Notes: a model not told the origin generated them from the sequence alone. Shown: positions 7,643-16,368, numbered from the stretch's first letter. The stretch is DNA of 42,909 nt from Oscillatoriales cyanobacterium (GCA_004293855.1 RDYZ01000208.1:1-42909); one strand, 5' to 3'. Translations and numbers: made by a program.

Positions 7643-8824
7643 CTAAAGGTCTCCGGCTCCGCAGAGCGCGTTACTCAGGTCGATCCAGCGAGAGGTATCC
7701 AGTTGTTCCGCGCGAGCTTCCGGGTCGATCGCCAGGTGATCAAACGTTGCTAGGAGCCGATCGCGATCGATGATATTGCCCAGATTATTCCGCAACATTT
7801 TGCGCTTGTTGGCAAAACCCACTTTAACAATGCTCGCCAGATGTTTCGGATCGTGGGCGGGGGTGACGATCGGGCGGGGGATCAGACGGATAACGGCGGA
7901 TTCCACCTTTGGCGGTGGCTTGAAGGCGGTGGCGGGAACGGGACACACCAGTTCACAGTCGGCCAGATATTGCACCCGCACCGACAGCGCTCCAAAGGAT
8001 TTGGTTCCGGCGACGGCACTGAGCCGATCGGCGACTTCTTTTTGCACCAGCAGGACAATCTCCTGAAAGGGTGTGGGGTTGGGCTGGGCGATCGTGCCGA
8101 GGAGTTTTTCGAGGATCGGGCCGGTAATGTTGTAGGGAATGTTGGCGACGACTTTGGTTTGGCCGTGGAAGCGATCGGCAAAGTTGGCGGTGAGTGCGTC
8201 CACATCCAAGGCGAGAAAATCACCTTGCAGCAGCAGAAAATTATCGCGTTCACCAAATTTCGCCACGAGGGGATCGCAGAGATCGCGATCGAGTTCCACC
8301 GCCACCACGGACTCGGCGCGTTCAAGTAAACGGTGGGTGAGAACGCCTTTACCGGGGCCAATTTCGAGGATGCGATCGCTGGAACCCAGGTGAGCCGCTG
8401 CAATGATTTCATTCAGAACGCGATCGCTCGTCAGCCAGTGTTGACCAAAGCGTTTACGCGGTTGATGGCCGCTGGGTCTTGCTTTTTTCGCTTTATTCTC
8501 AGCGGCACGATTGGCAGCATTGAACCGACGCTCAAACTGTTCAGGGGTCAGGGGTTTAGGAGAATAGTCCCGGTGTTTGGTGGTTTCGCGGGGTTCCGGT
8601 TCCGAACTCGGCGCGGACTCCGATCCTCGAAGTTTGGGTTTTTCTGGGTTGGCGGGTTTGGATTGTTTGGCAGCTCCAAATTTGCTCGCAAAGGCGGGGC
8701 GATACTTCTTCGATTTGGCTTTGGCCTTGGGGTTGCCCGATCGTGAGGCACTGGGCGATTTGGAGGAACGTTTGGACGACTTGGACGACTTGGACGACTT
8801 GGAGGATTGATCTGAATCGGTCAT
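7643..8824 (-). CDS. rsmA: 16S rRNA (adenine1518/1519-N6)-dimethyltransferase RsmA/KsgA with a roughly 120-aa Lys/Ser-rich N-terminal extension
   Basis: The catalytic part begins at PRKRFGQHWLTSDRVLNEII, followed by ILEIGPGKGVLT (SAM motif I) and VVANIPYNITGPIL (NxPY motif). An ATG is at 8824. No in-frame ATG lies between it and the catalytic domain. Confidence 0.85.
   Translation of the reverse strand: MTDSDQSSKSSKSSKSSKRSSKSPSASRSGNPKAKAKSKKYRPAFASKFGAAKQSKPANPEKPKLRGSESAPSSEPEPRETTKHRDYSPKPLTPEQFERRFNAANRAAENKAKKARPSGHQPRKRFGQHWLTSDRVLNEIIAAAHLGSSDRILEIGPGKGVLTHRLLERAESVVAVELDRDLCDPLVAKFGERDNFLLLQGDFLALDVDALTANFADRFHGQTKVVANIPYNITGPILEKLLGTIAQPNPTPFQEIVLLVQKEVADRLSAVAGTKSFGALSVRVQYLADCELVCPVPATAFKPPPKVESAVIRLIPRPIVTPAHDPKHLASIVKVGFANKRKMLRNNLGNIIDRDRLLATFDHLAIDPEARAEQLDTSRWIDLSNALCGAGDL
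8772..8807. repeat. 9-bp tandem repeat x4 (ttggacgac, last copy degenerate) inside the rsmA 5' region, encoding (SSK)n
   Basis: Units at 8772-8780, 8781-8789 and 8790-8798 are identical. Unit 8799-8807 is ttggaggat. On the minus strand the array encodes SKSSKSSKSSK. Confidence 0.9.
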
Positions 8825-8924
8825 ATTGGCTGGAACTCTGAAACTGGAGTCGGAAACTGGGGGGCGGTCAGGTTAACCGGAGCAAGTTAAGTTTGCAGCG
8901 ATACATCGGGATCGAGGCGAACAC

Positions 8925-10451
8925 CTAAGCGCCGTGATGCACAGTTTTGACCCACTTCAACCGCTTCGGACGAAAGGCCATCCGGGTTGTGGTCGCCGCC
9001 ATCACGACGATCCAATGCAACATGTAAATTGTGCCGCGAATCGCTTGCCCAAAGGCGGAAAACCAGGATAAGGATTGAGCCTGTTCAGCGGCAACGCGAC
9101 GTAAACCGCAGCTAATCCAGGACAGGGTTAAGACGGCGGACATCAGCGTAATCGGTAGCCAAACGGGTAGATGTCCCAGGGCGATCGCGCCGATCGCATC
9201 GGGGATCGCCGCTGCCGGTAGCAGGTATTGCGCACCAACAAAAATCACCAGATCAAGCCGCTTCATGGGACTGAGCCGATCGCTCGTCAGCAACCGCCAA
9301 TAGTCCATATACCGCTGGTAACCGCCCTCTGCCCAGCGCGATCGCTGATGCCACAGGGCGATCGCGGTGGTTACCCCTTCCTCGTACACCGCAGGCCAGG
9401 TGGTGCAGCGGACATCCCAACCGTCCAGATGGAGCCGCAAACTGAGATCGAGATCATCGGTGATGGTCACTTCATTAAAGTAACCGCAGCGAGAGAGAGC
9501 GTCACGACGGACAAACTGGCCGTTGCCGCGCAGTTCACCAATGCCCCCGAGCGCATAACGCTGCCCCTGAAGATAGGCATCAAGCACCATCTCGATCGCC
9601 TGTCCCTTCGTCCAAGCATTATCCGTGGCATTAACGATCGCCTTGCGTACCTGGACAGCACCAATTTCCGGGCGATCGAACAAGGGTAAAACCTGCTGTA
9701 AAAAGTCGGGATCAACCCGCGCATCAGCATCAAAAACGCCGATTACGTCCGTGCGAATGTGTTGCAGGGCTTGATTGAGTGCGCCGGACTTGCCGCCTCG
9801 GGCCTCAGCACCACGGTGGACGACGTGTAGGCGATCGTACTGCTGCGCCAACTGATCGAGTACGGCCCCGGTTTGGTCGCTGCTGTTGTCGTTGATGGCC
9901 CAAACTTCGTAGCGATCGCCGGGAAAATCGAGCGTACAGAGCTTTTCGATCGTCTCACCAATCACACTATCCTCGTCCTTCGCCGCCACGAGCAACGCCA
10001 CACTCGGCCAGAGACGCTCCGCGCTGGGGGGAGAGGTAGGGGGCGAGGCTAGGGCACGGGAGGATAGCGCGTCAGAGCTGGGTGGCTGGAGGCGACGCGA
10101 CGACGGCAACGGAGTCATGATCGCCCGAAACCCATGCACCCCCAAAATTAACGCCCCGATCGCCCCAACACCAATCCCCCAACTCACCAGATGCAGCAAC
10201 CCCGTCACCATCCACACCAGCGCCAGCAGCAGCGCCGCCTTGAGCCTGCGGCCACGATAGCCCGCAAAGGAATTGAGTAAATGATCGAGTTGAGCCTCCG
10301 AGGTGGACGGATTGACGATCGGACGATCGTGATCCGCACCGGTCAGGAGATCCGGAAATGTTTCCGCCGCCTCCTCGACCAAACGTTGACCCACCAGGGT
10401 ATTGATCAGAGGTTCTACGTCGCGCATTGCTTGGTTGTTGGAAAGCATCAT
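8925..10451 (-). CDS. Membrane-embedded processive-type glycosyltransferase family 2 (D,D,D,QxxRW class)
   Basis: N-terminal TM helices. GT2 core: VALLVAAKDEDSVIGETI...WAINDNSSDQT...GGKSGALN...IGVFDADA...ITDDLDLSLRL...HQRSRWAEGGYQ (QRSRW motif). C-terminal TM helices. Confidence 0.85.
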   Translation of the reverse strand: MMLSNNQAMRDVEPLINTLVGQRLVEEAAETFPDLLTGADHDRPIVNPSTSEAQLDHLLNSFAGYRGRRLKAALLLALVWMVTGLLHLVSWGIGVGAIGALILGVHGFRAIMTPLPSSRRLQPPSSDALSSRALASPPTSPPSAERLWPSVALLVAAKDEDSVIGETIEKLCTLDFPGDRYEVWAINDNSSDQTGAVLDQLAQQYDRLHVVHRGAEARGGKSGALNQALQHIRTDVIGVFDADARVDPDFLQQVLPLFDRPEIGAVQVRKAIVNATDNAWTKGQAIEMVLDAYLQGQRYALGGIGELRGNGQFVRRDALSRCGYFNEVTITDDLDLSLRLHLDGWDVRCTTWPAVYEEGVTTAIALWHQRSRWAEGGYQRYMDYWRLLTSDRLSPMKRLDLVIFVGAQYLLPAAAIPDAIGAIALGHLPVWLPITLMSAVLTLSWISCGLRRVAAEQAQSLSWFSAFGQAIRGTIYMLHWIVVMAATTTRMAFRPKRLKWVKTVHHGA

Positions 10452-10792
10452 GTTTAACGGATTGAGTCCATCCCCGCCATCGGTTAAGGGGATAACACAT
10501 TAGGGGCAGGTTGATGGTGAACGATCGCGTCATTTTTTAGAGACGATGAGACGATTTTTCCCACCAGAATAAAACGACACGATGTCCTGGTCATTTAGTG
10601 TCGCATGAACACGCAACGCCCTAGGGACTGGTCGTCGCTCCGCCTGAGCTTGAGTCTACGTTCCATAGGGTTGCATCTCGTGGGCACCGATCACCCAGGG
10701 TTCGGATGAGTCAGAATTGTCTGGATCACCACAAATTGCAAATTATTTCGATACGTTAGGATAAAAAGTTCTCACTGAGACAAATTACCGAT

Positions 10793-11176
10793 ATGTCCTC
10801 TGCAATTCGCAGCCTCCAACCCGCTCCCAAAGGTAAAGTCATGGTTTACATGCCTTACTACAAAACCGCCAACCAACGAAACGCTTTACCCCTTGCAATC
10901 AGTCTCTACGATCGCGGTAACCTGGAAGGGGAGCGGAACATCGAAGGCGGCAAAAACGTACCCTTCATCGCGACCTGGAATGTCTCGAGTTTGCCTGCGG
11001 ACCCTATGCGCTGCCGGGTGCAGTTCGACAACAATGCCGACCTGACCTACGAAACGACGATGGCCAACTATGAGTTCATTAACTACCTCATTGAGGTGCT
11101 CATCGTCTTTCAAAAACATCGCATTGCGGATTTCTCCAAAAGCTTTTACAGAAAGCTCCTCAGCATGGATGATTAG
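10793..11176 (+). CDS. Hypothetical protein (127 aa), no family recognised
   Basis: This is the only long ORF in a 1-kb gap. It has an ATG start and sense-like amino-acid composition. It is somewhat A/T-richer than its neighbours. Confidence 0.45.
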   Translation: MSSAIRSLQPAPKGKVMVYMPYYKTANQRNALPLAISLYDRGNLEGERNIEGGKNVPFIATWNVSSLPADPMRCRVQFDNNADLTYETTMANYEFINYLIEVLIVFQKHRIADFSKSFYRKLLSMDD

Positions 11177-11283
11177 AAGCGATGCGCTCGTCTACCGAGA
11201 ACAACGATCGCCCTACAGTCCAACACTTGCCATACCCCGTACAGCCCGTACGACCCCGAAACCGTCTTAGCTAGGAGGGAAGC

Positions 11284-12332
11284 GTGCCCACATTGACGAA
11301 GTGTCTTTTGATTGGTTCGAGCGAGCCGTACAGCGGAAAAACCGCCACTATCTTGGGACTAGCCAGCCAGCTCCAGGAACGTCAAATCGATTTTACCTAT
11401 GGGAAACCGATTGGAACCTGCTTTGATGATGCTTTCTCATTGATCACCTGGGGTTGAGCCCCGATCGCGTGCTGCAAACCAGTGTCAACCTGGATGCAAG
11501 CACCATCCGCAAGCGTCTATGCGGTGAAGATACCAACAATTATGCCGATCGCATTGCCACCGAAACCGCTGCCGGAACGGATCTGGTGTTACTCGAAGGC
11601 GCGGGTAGTTTGGTCGAAGGTGCGCTGTTTGATGTGTCTACGGCACAATTAGCCGAAAAGCTCGATGCACCGGTTTTGTTAGTGGTGCGGTATCGATCGG
11701 GTACTTTCGTAGACTCGATCCTGGCGGCTCAAACAACCCTCGGTCGCCGTCTGATTGGTGTTGTAATTAACGACGTGCCGATCGAGGCGATGGACGATAT
11801 GCAAGCCTGCGTGATCCCATTCCTCGAAGCGCGGGGAATTGCGGTTCTGGGGACGATTCCTCTCAGTCCGTTATTGAGTAGCATCAGTGTTGCCGAAATC
11901 GTGCGGAAACTGGACGCTGAGATTCTCTACGGCGACGATCGGCTGGACTTAATGGTCGAGACCCTGCAAGTCGGCGCGATGAGTGTGAACTCTGCGATTA
12001 AATACTTTCAGAATGCACGCAACTCCGCCATTATTACCGGGGGTGATCGGGCGGATATCCAGCTTGCGGCCCTCGAAACCGCAACCCACTGCTTGATCTT
12101 GACCGGTCATCGTCTGACACCACCGACCCTGGTACTCAATCGTGCCGAAGAGGTGGGCATTCCCGTGCTTTCTGTGGATCTCGATACGTTAACCACGATC
12201 GAACGCATTGACGGGATGTTTGGGCAAATGCGCCTTCAAGAACCGATCAAAGTGCAATTTATTAAGCAACTTTTGGCCGAGCATTTCGACCTCGATCGGC
12301 TGCTGAACTGTTTGCAAGCCAGCGAACCCTAA
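11284..12332 (+). pseudogene. DRTGG-domain / phosphotransacetylase-family protein gene interrupted by a frameshift (or an assembly indel)
   Basis: AGGAGG (11273-11278), a 5-nt spacer and GTG 11284 open a 57-codon frame: VPTLTKCLLIGSSEPYSGKTATILGLASQLQERQIDFTYGKPIGTCFDDAFSLITWG*. This is the DTBS/CobQ-like N-terminal nucleotide-binding segment, and it stops at 11455-11457. The rest of the protein continues in the adjacent frame, which is open from 11430 (FLIDHLGLSPDRVLQTSVNLD...AIITGGDRADIQLAALET...). The track lists that part as 11454-12332 with a TTG start. Confidence 0.7.
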
Positions 12333-12395
12333 GCCCGCAACGCAACCCCTAAGTCAGCAAACCCCCAAGCCCGCAAACCCCTAAGCCAGCGAACC
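12316..12395. repeat. Degenerate 15-20-bp tandem repeat (aagccNgcNaacccct), about 5 copies, straddling the stop codon at 12330-12332
   Basis: Units are aagccagcgaaccct (12316-12330), aagcccgcaacgcaacccct (12331-12350), aagtcagcaaaccccc (12351-12366), aagcccgcaaacccct (12367-12382) and aagccagcgaacc (12383-12395). Confidence 0.7.
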
Positions 12396-12492
12396 GGCTT
12401 CGTTGACGAACCGGTTTAGCGTGCGGCAAGGAAGTTGTGTTTGATGACTTCGGATTGCCTTCCCTATTCCTGCTAATTTCGGCCTTACCCGA

Positions 12493-12584
12493 CGGCATTG
12501 GTCTAATGGTTGTCGAAGGCCGATGTTAGCGTTGCGAACGGCATTGGTCTAATGGTTGTCGAAGGCCGATGTTAGCGTTGCGAA
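12493..12584. repeat. Perfect 46-bp tandem duplication (x2) containing the start codon of the downstream gene
   Basis: The sequence cggcattggtctaatggttgtcgaaggccgatgttagcgttgcgaa occurs at 12493-12538 and again, identical, at 12539-12584. Confidence 0.95.
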
Positions 12585-13138
12585 TCGAGCTGTTAAAATA
12601 CCTACGTCGTTTTTTCGAGCGCGTTGAGTCTTTGAGTCCTACCACCGACACTACCGATAAAGTTGACGTTTTTTTGCAGGAACTGGCTGCAATCCAGCAA
12701 TCTGGATCAAAACGTATTGCGATTCTTGGCTCGCGCCACGTACCGATTACGCACCAGAAGTTAATTGAGATGATGAGCTATGCCCTCGTTCTCGGCGGCA
12801 ATCGCTTGATCACCTCAGGGGCTACGGGGACGAATTCAGCGGCCATTCGGGGAGCGATGCAGGCGGATGCCAATCAACTCACGGTGATTTTGCCCCAAAG
12901 TCTCGATCGCCAGCCCGATGAGTCGCGATCGCAGCTCGAAAACGTGATGCACCTAGTCGAGCATCCCGAACGTAACGATTTATCCTTGGCGGAAGCGAGC
13001 GCTCTGTGTAACTCTGAAATCATTGAACGCTGTCAGCAACTCATCTGTTTTGCGTTCCACGACAGCCGCACGCTGCTCGAAACCTGCCGTGAAGCGGAGG
13101 ATCTCCGCAAAATCGTCACCCTGTTTTACTTCGACTAA
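12569..13138 (+). CDS. DprA/Smf-like Rossmann-fold (SLOG superfamily) protein, single domain, 189 aa
   Basis: RIAILGSRHVPITHQKLIEMMSYALVLGGNRLITSGATGTNSAAIRGAM parallels the DprA core (IVGSR...G..IVSGLA.GID..AH.GAL). ATG 12569 is the first possible start after the in-frame stop at 12527-12529. Confidence 0.65.
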   Translation: MLALRIELLKYLRRFFERVESLSPTTDTTDKVDVFLQELAAIQQSGSKRIAILGSRHVPITHQKLIEMMSYALVLGGNRLITSGATGTNSAAIRGAMQADANQLTVILPQSLDRQPDESRSQLENVMHLVEHPERNDLSLAEASALCNSEIIERCQQLICFAFHDSRTLLETCREAEDLRKIVTLFYFD

Positions 13139-13242
13139 CTCGCTACGATGGGTGTCCGCTTTTTCCTGTGGGTTTGAGTCTGAATAGTGGATGGTTTCGT
13201 CTCAACTGATCCCGATCGCAGCCTAGCCGATCACCTGTCTCG

Positions 13243-14706
13243 ATGACCGATCGCCCCTTGTCTGAATCCAATCCCTCACCCCAACCTGACCGCCTTCTAG
13301 ACGCGGATACCCGTGAATTTGACGCGGCCATCTATAGTTTTGATGATATTCAGGCTGATTTAAATTACCGCCAAGCCCAGCAAGCCCTCCGCGATCTCGT
13401 CGCAAAAATTGACCTCAGCGATCGCGAGCGTTCCGGTCTCGAAGCCGAAATTACCGGCCTCGAAGACACGCTAAACAAGCTGGAAACCGCCACGGTACAG
13501 CTTGCGGTGTTTGGCATGGTGGGGCGAGGTAAATCATCACTCCTCAATGCCCTGGTCGGTCAGCGCATCTTTGAAACGGGGCCGCTACACGGAGTGACCC
13601 AGGTAACCCAGCGAGTGGAGTGGCAACCGCAGATCGGCGATGACGAAACGGTGCGGGTGTCGTTGCCCGGTCTGGGGCAGTCGCGGATCGAGCTGGTGGA
13701 TACGCCGGGGTTGGATGAAATCGACGGGCGCGATCGGGCCGAGCTTGCCCAACGGATCGCCCGTCGATCGGATCTAATTTTGTTTGTGATTTCTGGTGAT
13801 CTGACTCAATTGGAGTTTGACGCCCTCGCGGATATTCGCGAAGCAGGCAAACCCATTCTGCTGGTCTTTAACAAAGTCGATCGCTACCCCGAGGCGGATC
13901 GCCAAGCGATTTACGCCCAGGTTCGCGATCAGCGCGTGCGTGATTTGCTCTCCCCCGATCACATCGTCATGACCGCTGCGTCTCCCTTGGTGGCGCGTGG
14001 TGTCCGCCGCGAAGACGGTAGCGTCAGTGTCGAGCTGCAACCAGGGCCCCCTCGGGTGGATGACCTCAAGCTCAAAATTCTTGAGATTTTGCATCGTGAA
14101 GGGAAATCTCTCGTGGCGCTCAATAGTCTGCTCTTTGCAGATATGGCGAACGATCGCCTGGTTCAGCGCAAAATGCAGCTCCGCGATCGCGAGGCGGATC
14201 GCCTGATCTGGCAAGCGACGATCGCCAAAGCCCTCGCGATCGCCCTGAACCCGGTTACCGCGATCGATCTTCTCGGTGCAGCGGCCTTCGATATTCTGAT
14301 GCTGGTCTCACTCTCGAAACTTTACGGCATCCCACTCACGGAAACCGGCGCTCTCGACCTCCTCAAAACGATCGCGATCGGCATGGGCGGGATCGGAGCG
14401 AGTGAGCTTCTGGCGATGTTGGGTTTAAGTGGGTTAAAAGGGCTACTCGGGGCAGCGCTGCCGGTGACGGGCGGGCTAGCGTTGGGGGGGTATGTGTCCG
14501 TGGCGATCGCCCAGGCGGGAGCGGCGGGGGTTGCGACCACCACGATCGGGCGGGTGGCGAAGCGTTATTTTGAAAACGGCGCGTCCTGGGGCGAGCATGG
14601 CCCGAAAGCTGTGGTCGAGCGAATTTTGGAGACCTTGGACGAAGATTCGATTTTGGCGCGGATTAAGGATGAGTTGCGATCGAAGTTAGGGCAGGGGAAT
14701 GAATAA
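13243..14706 (+). CDS. GTP-binding protein with a C-terminal DUF697-type membrane domain
   Basis: GTPase motifs: G1 GMVGRGKSSLLNAL, G3 DTPGLDE, G4 NKVD. The N-terminus is a coiled-coil. The C-terminus is hydrophobic and Gly/Ala-rich (IAKALAIALNPVTAIDLLGAAAFDILMLVSLSKLYG...). Confidence 0.85.
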   Translation: MTDRPLSESNPSPQPDRLLDADTREFDAAIYSFDDIQADLNYRQAQQALRDLVAKIDLSDRERSGLEAEITGLEDTLNKLETATVQLAVFGMVGRGKSSLLNALVGQRIFETGPLHGVTQVTQRVEWQPQIGDDETVRVSLPGLGQSRIELVDTPGLDEIDGRDRAELAQRIARRSDLILFVISGDLTQLEFDALADIREAGKPILLVFNKVDRYPEADRQAIYAQVRDQRVRDLLSPDHIVMTAASPLVARGVRREDGSVSVELQPGPPRVDDLKLKILEILHREGKSLVALNSLLFADMANDRLVQRKMQLRDREADRLIWQATIAKALAIALNPVTAIDLLGAAAFDILMLVSLSKLYGIPLTETGALDLLKTIAIGMGGIGASELLAMLGLSGLKGLLGAALPVTGGLALGGYVSVAIAQAGAAGVATTTIGRVAKRYFENGASWGEHGPKAVVERILETLDEDSILARIKDELRSKLGQGNE

Positions 14707-14711
14707 CGGGG

Positions 14712-15707
14712 ATGCCTGCCGGAACCAAACTAACGATACCTGGGACGATTTCGCGATCGTTATCCGCCATGCCTGACCCCGTCACTCAACCCAATACCCA
14801 AGCCGATATTAAGCCCAACTTCGATCGCTTTCGTCTCGAAACCACTGCTGACGGCTCACAAACGTTCTACTCCAACGAATTTAACCAACTGTTTCATAGC
14901 CACTTCGGCGCACACCAAGAAGCCGAGGCCAAATTCGTTCAGGTGACTCGCCTTGCGGAACGGGCCGCCGAGCGATCGCACCTCACCTTAATCGACGTCT
15001 GCTACGGTCTGGGTTACAACACCGCGACCGCCCTCACGACGATTTGGCAGGCTAACCCCCAGTGTCGCGTTCACTGGTACGGTCTCGAAGCCGATCGTGA
15101 TGTTCCCCGCGCGGCGATCGCGGCCAACCTGCTCCAACCTTGGCCCACCGCCGTCCGCCACCTGCTGACCGAGCTGGCCGACGCTGAAACCCTCGATCGC
15201 GACACCCTACAAGCCCACCTATTAATCGGTGATGCCCGCCAAACCATTACCCAGATCCTTGCCACGAATCCTCAAGCTGACGCGATTTTTCTCGATCCCT
15301 TTGCTCCCCCGGATTGCCCCCAGCTTTGGAGCGTCGAATTTTTAGGCAACGTCGCCCGCTGTTTAGCTCCGGATGGCTACCTGGCCACCTATTCCTGCGC
15401 CGCTGCTGTGCGATCGGCGCTGATCGCTGCGGGTTTACACATCGGCTCGACTCCCCCCGTCGGTCGCAATACCCACGGAACCGCTGCCCGCTGGATTGCT
15501 GAGGACTTGACCCCGCTCGATCGCCGTGCCCACGAACACCTTTACACCCGTGCGGCTATCCCCTACCGCGATCCCAGTGGCACCGATAGCGCCGAGACCC
15601 TGCACGCTCGCCGCAGTGAGGAACAGTTACGATCGTCTCTCGAAGCAACCACCCGCTGGAAAAAACGCTGGCAACAGCCCCTCGAAGGCCAGATCACGCC
15701 TCTGTAG
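14712..15707 (+). CDS. Stand-alone MnmC-type (DUF752/MnmD-like) SAM-dependent methyltransferase
   Basis: DGSQTFYSNEFNQLFHSHFGAHQEAEAKF, IDVCYGLGYNTA and DAIFLDPFAPPDCPQLWSVEFLGNVARCLAPDGYLATYSCAAAVRSALIAAGLHIG match the N-terminal methyltransferase domain of MnmC. No FAD oxidase domain is present. The gene starts 5 nt after the GTPase stop. The ATG at 14769 is an alternative start. Confidence 0.8.
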   Translation: MPAGTKLTIPGTISRSLSAMPDPVTQPNTQADIKPNFDRFRLETTADGSQTFYSNEFNQLFHSHFGAHQEAEAKFVQVTRLAERAAERSHLTLIDVCYGLGYNTATALTTIWQANPQCRVHWYGLEADRDVPRAAIAANLLQPWPTAVRHLLTELADAETLDRDTLQAHLLIGDARQTITQILATNPQADAIFLDPFAPPDCPQLWSVEFLGNVARCLAPDGYLATYSCAAAVRSALIAAGLHIGSTPPVGRNTHGTAARWIAEDLTPLDRRAHEHLYTRAAIPYRDPSGTDSAETLHARRSEEQLRSSLEATTRWKKRWQQPLEGQITPL

Positions 15708-15856
15708 ATCTTGAGATCGCTGGCAGTAATCAGCGGGAGATCCAAACAGAGACGCCGAAGTTCTGCGAAAACTCCGACGTCTAGGGTGGATCAGGAACCG
15801 GGATGGAGGGAACGAGTCCGATCGCGACGGTTCACCGGGTCGGAAACGGTTTCTGG

Positions 15857-16066
15857 CTAGGCACTGGTCAAGGACACGAGACCTTGACGCACGGCGTATA
15901 ACAATCGATCTATCAGAGCGCGATCGGCTTCTTTCAGCTTTTCTTCGAGCAAAGACGCCTGCAAAATTGCACGAGCACTTAAGGTCATCGTTCCAGATTC
16001 CCACACCTGAAAATACACATCAGGTAGGCTCGTCGATGGGCTGTGATGGGAGGAGGAAGACATCAT
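15857..16066 (-). CDS. Small hypothetical protein (about 69 aa) downstream of the sigma-like gene
   Basis: The track ORF is 15857-16072 with a GTG start. ATG codons lie at 16066 and 16063. The C-terminal half is helical-looking (TLSARAILQASLLEEKLKEADRALIDRLLYAVRQGLV). No family was recognised. Confidence 0.4.
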   Translation of the reverse strand: MMSSSSHHSPSTSLPDVYFQVWESGTMTLSARAILQASLLEEKLKEADRALIDRLLYAVRQGLVSLTSA

Positions 16067-16368
16067 ACGCACCAGGTAAGTTCAGTACTTACGTAATACT
16101 TTCATCTAGGATAAGGGGTAATACCGGTGATGGGTGACACCCCTGATACTGGCCTAGGTAAAATTGTTACATAGATTCATGTTTCGGGCGTGGATGCTTA
16201 TGGATGCTACGGAATCCTCCAGGGGATACGGCGAAGCATATAGGAGACGGTGTCCGACTCAAAAATTGGCCTACGAGGTCTGAGGCTGTGGCGATCGATC
16301 AGGCTCCAGACCGATCGAGGTTAGGGCGGCTTGGGTTGCTTGGGTTGCCTGAATGCCGGTCACAGCCG

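Noticed and set aside
7770-8810. Several 77-176-aa ORFs in alternative frames and strands across rsmA (7841-8329+, 7882-8412-, 8333-8746+, 8577-8810+ and others)
   Set aside because: All overlap the RsmA frame, which carries the SAM-binding and NxPY motifs. The alternative products are low-complexity Gly/Arg/Ser-rich artefacts of the repeat-rich region.
10072-10533. 153-aa minus-strand ORF overlapping the 5' end of the processive GT2 gene
   Set aside because: It is in a different frame from the GT2 gene, its product is Gly/Arg-rich, and no independent signal supports it.
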